DNA of 52,503 nt, the filler included, from Sphacelaria rigidula (Eukaryota): NCBI GenBank assembly GCA_964200075.2. It is 3 parts of 3 records of this genome, joined end to end, with 100 filler letters (N's around TTAATTAATTAA, not from the genome) between each part and the next. Parts side by side here need not be neighbours in the genome. Positions count along the whole stretch, not along the records: positions 35,074 to 52,503 come from CAXNAA020001086.1; 2 more parts are not named here. One strand, given 5' to 3'. Every line of letters starts with the position of its first letter. Positions within the stretch are counted from its first letter, which is position 1. Positions 48,901 through 52,503 of the stretch are shown one piece after another. The notes below the pieces were generated by a model. The model was given only the letters and a program-made list of their open reading frames with translations. It was not told the origin of the DNA and made no database searches. The position numbers and the translations under genes are program-made.

Positions 48901-50787
48901 ACCTGTCACCCTGGGACTGTCATCCTCCAATCCCCAGTCTGGGATTGTCTTTCTCCCGTCGTGGAGGCTCCTCGTGAGAGCCCCCTACCCAGGCACTCTG
49001 CATTCCAACCCAAACCCTGCCTTGCAAAGTCCGTCCCGTTCAAGTTCACGGTGGGCATATGTAGGTTGTAGCTTCTCACTCGGTGACAGGGTACAAAGTG
49101 TGCGGGGCCGAGACGTGAACGTGAACGGGACGGACTTTGCAAGGCAGGGTGTGGGTTGGAATGCAGAATGCCTGGGTAGGGGGCTCCGACGGGGAGCCCC
49201 CAAGGCGGGAGAAACACGATCCTAGACTGGGGATTGGAGGATGACAGTCCCAGGGTGACAGGCCCGGGAAGACGGTCCGGGTTGACTGGTCCGGGGTTAT
49301 TAGTAAGCGGGTCGGGTCATATACAGGTCAAAATAACACTTTCAAGAACAGAAATGCGGTGGGCCTATCAGATCGAGAAGAACAAATAGGCCGCACTTCA
49401 GACTACATAATGATCGGCTATTTCGAATTGATCCAAACACGAAAATCAGAGGGAATCTAGTCATCTATTACTTGTGAAAACGAGACGTACCTGCTCCGAC
49501 AACTCCTGGCCTTCGCGTAACATGGGACCAGCTGCTGCACCGTGGGGAGTGCATCGCGTCCGGTATTTACCGGGTATAACCCCGCTTATATATACCCGAT
49601 GAATACCGGGTATCCCATACCGTGGTATGTGTGGGTGTCATAGATATGAGTTTTGGAAATACCTGATTGAGCTGGTGCAGTAGGTTTTGAAATCTCGAAA
49701 TACCGTGGTATAATAGGGATCGTAAATACGACATTTGAAATACCCGAATGTGCGGGTACGGTAGGTACTGGTATATCGAAATACCGTGGTATCGTCGGTA
49801 TCGTAAATACGACATTTGAAAATATCCGATTGGACCGGTATCGGTAGGGTATGAGATTTCCCGAATACCTAAACTGGTATCTACCTTATCTACGGTGCCT
49901 GTGGAACTCGTACTTCCATCATTGGTTTACAGTAGGATACTCCAACTGTTCGAAGTGTGACTGACTGTACCGCCCTCTCTGGATAAGTACAGCGGGACAA
50001 TGAACGTAAAGAAGAACCACAATCGGTCAGAAAAACTTTTGTCCTCTGTATAAAACTCGTACTCCAATGACGGTAATCGGCACGACAGCCGACATCCGTA
50101 AGATTCACACGAGAGAGATTAGCACATGAAAGCGGGAACGTGGGCGCGTCGAAGTTTTTGTGGATGCGGTACATGTAAATACAGCCGGTGGCCAAGGAAC
50201 GCGAGCAGCAAAGTGGGCACGGTTTTCGGATAAACTAGCGTCCTTGGCGCCGCACACCCGCGCAACCCCGTCTCCATCGCACATCGTCTAGATGCGTTGT
50301 CATCGCTTGCACCGAGTGTTCTCGCAGTTGGTGGCGATGAAAATGGGCGCATGGGATATTGTCGAATCCAGAGCAGCGTCGACCAACACAAGATCAGGGA
50401 TCCGCTCTACAGTACCGACTGTACTGTTGTCTGTCTACACACCAGGCTAAGTTATGCACACAAATCAACTACGACACACACCTTGTCATAGTCAAGGTTC
50501 GCCGCCCAAGTTTGCACAGGACTAGCTGAAGTCACGAACACAGCACCAAGCGCAGACAGCGCGGCGGACTGCAGCATGCTCCTGCGGTCCATAGGCTCAT
50601 CTCCACACCGGTGATCATCCCCACGCGCAGAGGAAGCCTGCATGCTTACGATGCTGCTCGTGACTCGGTGAGAGCTTCGTTGAGTACCAACAGAAGAGGA
50701 TCTCAGTGTTGCGCTCGGGACGAAAGCGTGGCTTTCCATGGTGGCCGAGAGGGTTGCCGTGGCTGCAATCGCTAGTGCAATCTTCAT
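36819..50787 (-). CDS. Class I heme peroxidase (ascorbate peroxidase / cytochrome c peroxidase family), plastid and probably thylakoid-lumen targeted; 8 exons, 367 aa
   Basis: Exons 50787-50482, 45765-45704, 44864-44739, 44321-44217, 43475-43299, 41718-41607, 39250-39159, 36942-36819. All introns are GT-AG with consistent phases; 1104 nt ending in TGA. Motifs: [16 protein letters not shown] (distal Arg/Trp/His), [15 protein letters not shown] (proximal His), SGYEGPW (proximal Trp), LMMLPSD (proximal Asp), [16 protein letters not shown]. Confidence 0.95.
37811..37946. repeat. Small MITE-like inverted repeat, ~54-bp arms
   Basis: Termini cacaccctggac...gtccagggtgtg; a related single arm lies at ~24415-24475. 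Confidence 0.7.
39159..39250 (-). CDS. Peroxidase exon 7
   Basis: actcag|[30 protein letters not shown](K)|gtgagt. Confidence 0.95.
41607..41718 (-). CDS. Peroxidase exon 6
   Basis: ccacag|[37 protein letters not shown]|gtatgg. Confidence 0.95.
43216..43251 (-). mobile_element. 36-bp LINE-C 3'-end copy with perfect 15-bp target-site duplication
   Basis: aggtgtctgtggggg at 43201-43215 and 43252-43266 flanks ggggggcgtactcatttgttgcttgccttagtcatt. Confidence 0.85.
43299..43475 (-). CDS. Peroxidase exon 5 (proximal heme His)
   Basis: gtccag|[58 protein letters not shown](R)|gtattt. Confidence 0.95.
44217..44321 (-). CDS. Peroxidase exon 4
   Basis: tcgtag|[34 protein letters not shown](K)|gtgagt. 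Confidence 0.95.
44739..44864 (-). CDS. Peroxidase exon 3 (distal active site)
   Basis: tgtcag|(R)[41 protein letters not shown](E)|gtaagt. Confidence 0.95.
45704..45765 (-). CDS. Peroxidase exon 2
   Basis: aaacag|[20 protein letters not shown](R)|gtaata; joins in frame to RLAWH. Confidence 0.9.
46880..47255 (+). repeat. Dispersed repeat with internal subrepeats (copy 1, peroxidase intron 1)
   Basis: Units tctcgaaataccgtggtatcgtaggta...tttgaaaatacc; a second copy lies at 49561-49890. Confidence 0.75.
47754..49338. mobile_element. Rearranged small non-autonomous LTR element (TRIM-like) in peroxidase intron 1
   Basis: ~330-bp repeat with TGTTATT...CA termini in five pieces: minus 47754-48079, 48089-48226 and 49051-49338; plus 48225-48333 and 48828-49050. 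A tRNA-complementary region follows the plus 3' piece, and a purine tract gagggggg (48818-48825) precedes TGT at 48828. Confidence 0.75.
48337..48394 (-). other. tRNA-Ser-derived 3' two-thirds (extended primer-binding region; not a functional tRNA gene)
   Basis: Minus strand tgggattggaatccca (anticodon arm) ttgtgatttcacgc (long variable arm) gtaggttcgggtcctac (T arm) cgtcgac-g-ccg (acceptor 3' strand, G discriminator, CCA-like end). The D arm and 5' acceptor strand are absent. Confidence 0.65.
49561..49890 (+). repeat. Dispersed repeat with internal subrepeats (copy 2, peroxidase intron 1)
   Basis: Shares tatgagttttggaaatacctgatt, gaaataccgtggtat and tacgacatttgaaaata with 46880-47255. Confidence 0.75.
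50482..50787 (-). CDS. Peroxidase exon 1: tripartite targeting presequence
   Basis: [24 protein letters not shown] (signal peptide plus ASAFAP-like cleavage site), Ser/Arg-rich transit peptide, MDRRSML + hydrophobic stretch + TWA-A; ends AAG|gtgtgt, phase 0. Confidence 0.88.
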
Positions 50788-51639
50788 GGTTTTCAGAGTC
50801 TCTATCGAAAAGTCAATGCGTCGTCTGTACAGAGTTTTGTTCTGTCTGCTATGCTGGGGTGGCGCTGGTGATGGGGAGGCGACCTGACATGTTGTGCCGT
50901 TGTTGCAGTAGCTGCGAACCGTAACTTGATGTCAATTGATTCGAGGCGGATTATTGGCCAGCGAGAATACACGTTTATGTGTATCATCGCACGGCTGGAG
51001 ATTTTCTCTTGTGCAAAGCTCACACAGACTAGCAAGCACGATGCTTGGCAATGGAGAGGAAACAGACGTATTGAATTCACTGATTTTTTTCTGCGATAGG
51101 TACCGAGCCCCCATGAGTGCTGCTTCGGTCTTGAGACGACACAGGCGGGGGGAAACTAACAAACCACCCCCGCATCAACACGCCAAATGCGGCGAGATTT
51201 TGGTTTTTATTCTCGCTCATCGCAGTGTGCCACCGCCTACCGCAGCCGGCTGCACTGAACGCAGCACACTCACCTTTAGGTACGGATACTACAAGCGCTG
51301 TAAGTTTTGGACTCTCCTGTGATCCCTAGGAAGTCTTTGGCGAAAGGTGAGATATAACATTTCATGGTTGCGGGGCGTTGCACTCAACTTTCTCTGTAGG
51401 TGCGGAAAATCGTATCGTGTTCCAGTTTGCCTGACGCGGATTACACCCCCCCCCCCCCGAGCGCTCTTGGTCTGCCCTCGATTTATCAAGCATCAAGTCC
51501 TAAACATACGATAGAGCCTGTTCAACGAGAAGAATCATGAGCATTGCCCCAATAATGTCACATTTGTCTCCTTGCATCGTGTGATTGTCGAGAAGTCGAA
51601 GCTCCAACCCTTGTTGCCAAGGGTGTCCCCGACCGTCAC

Positions 51640-51880
51640 CAAAATGTCGCGTTCTTCATCACCACCCCAGAAACGAGACCTCACGGAGTAGAAGAAGATG
51701 GTAGGGCAGAAGAATGACAATGGTGATGATGCATAGCTGTAGCATGTATCTGAAGCTACACCTCCGTCGAAGTTCGCTTCAATTCCACCAAGTACAGCAC
51801 ACGAACGAGCGATGGGTAACCCGAAAAAAAGTTGGCGGAATCTGTACAAGCCAAAAGGTCATTTTCCAGTGTGGCCAGGT
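51640..51880 (+). repeat. Dispersed repeat, paired with 25300-25540
   Basis: Same collinear blocks as 25300-25540. Confidence 0.7.
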
Positions 51881-52503
51881 GGTGATGTGGGCTTACTGTT
51901 GTAGGCTACTTCTGTACGCTCGCGGGCAGCGTTCAGAGTGCATGACGAATAAATTTACCGTTGCCTTGAATACCTTGTGCTTCTCTTGACATCATGACAG
52001 CCTTGCCACATGTCCGTCCGAAAAACCTACAATGGAGACATTACAAATGCATGGCAGCAGCTGCAGCAGCTGCGGCCGTGCAGCCGTGCAACAATCAACG
52101 TGTAATAATGTGATCGATTGTCACATTCACTGATTCCCAAGGGAGCCAGCCGCGGTCCCAGGATGGGCGCTCCTTAGGTGAACAAACGGGAACGCTCGCT
52201 GAAGTAAAATAAAGCGGTGAAAACGAAAGATAGAACCGACCGGAGTGAAACTTGAACAGAGAAACAAACACGCACATAAAAATAAGACAAGAAAGGGGAA
52301 GAACTAGGAAATATCGAAATTAGAAGCGGCCCCCATCCATGGGATGTATGTGAGTAAAGTATAACGAAATGAAACCAGAAATGGCCGGCCTCTGTAGTGT
52401 GGCTTCGTGCGAGAGAGAAAAAAAAAAAAACGGCGCGGGGGGGGGAGAAAGGGAAAGAAACCAAGGGGGGCCGGGGCAAGAAAAAAAAAAAAAAAAAACA
52501 AAA

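Overview
Eukaryotic, repeat-rich, gene-poor DNA, most likely from a brown alga or related photosynthetic stramenopile. This is inferred from short GT-AG exons in kb-scale introns and an ASAFAP-type plastid presequence. The window is three pieces joined by two artificial 100-bp spacers (N44-TTAATTAATTAA-N44). One complete gene could be assembled by hand: an 8-exon minus-strand class I heme peroxidase (ascorbate/cytochrome c peroxidase family, 367 aa, 50787->36819) with a signal peptide, plastid transit peptide and twin-arginine thylakoid-lumen presequence. Four 5' exons of a plus-strand gene for a charged, AT-hook-containing nuclear protein (29372-34172) run into the second gap. The rest is mostly decayed retroelements: two RTE-like LINEs, a third LINE whose copies end in C-rich tails, short 3'-tail copies of all three, MITE-like inverted repeats and mini/microsatellites. 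Intron 1 of the peroxidase holds a rearranged small LTR element whose primer-binding region is a ~58-nt antisense copy of a tRNA-Ser. Exon boundaries were read base by base; repeat boundaries are approximate.
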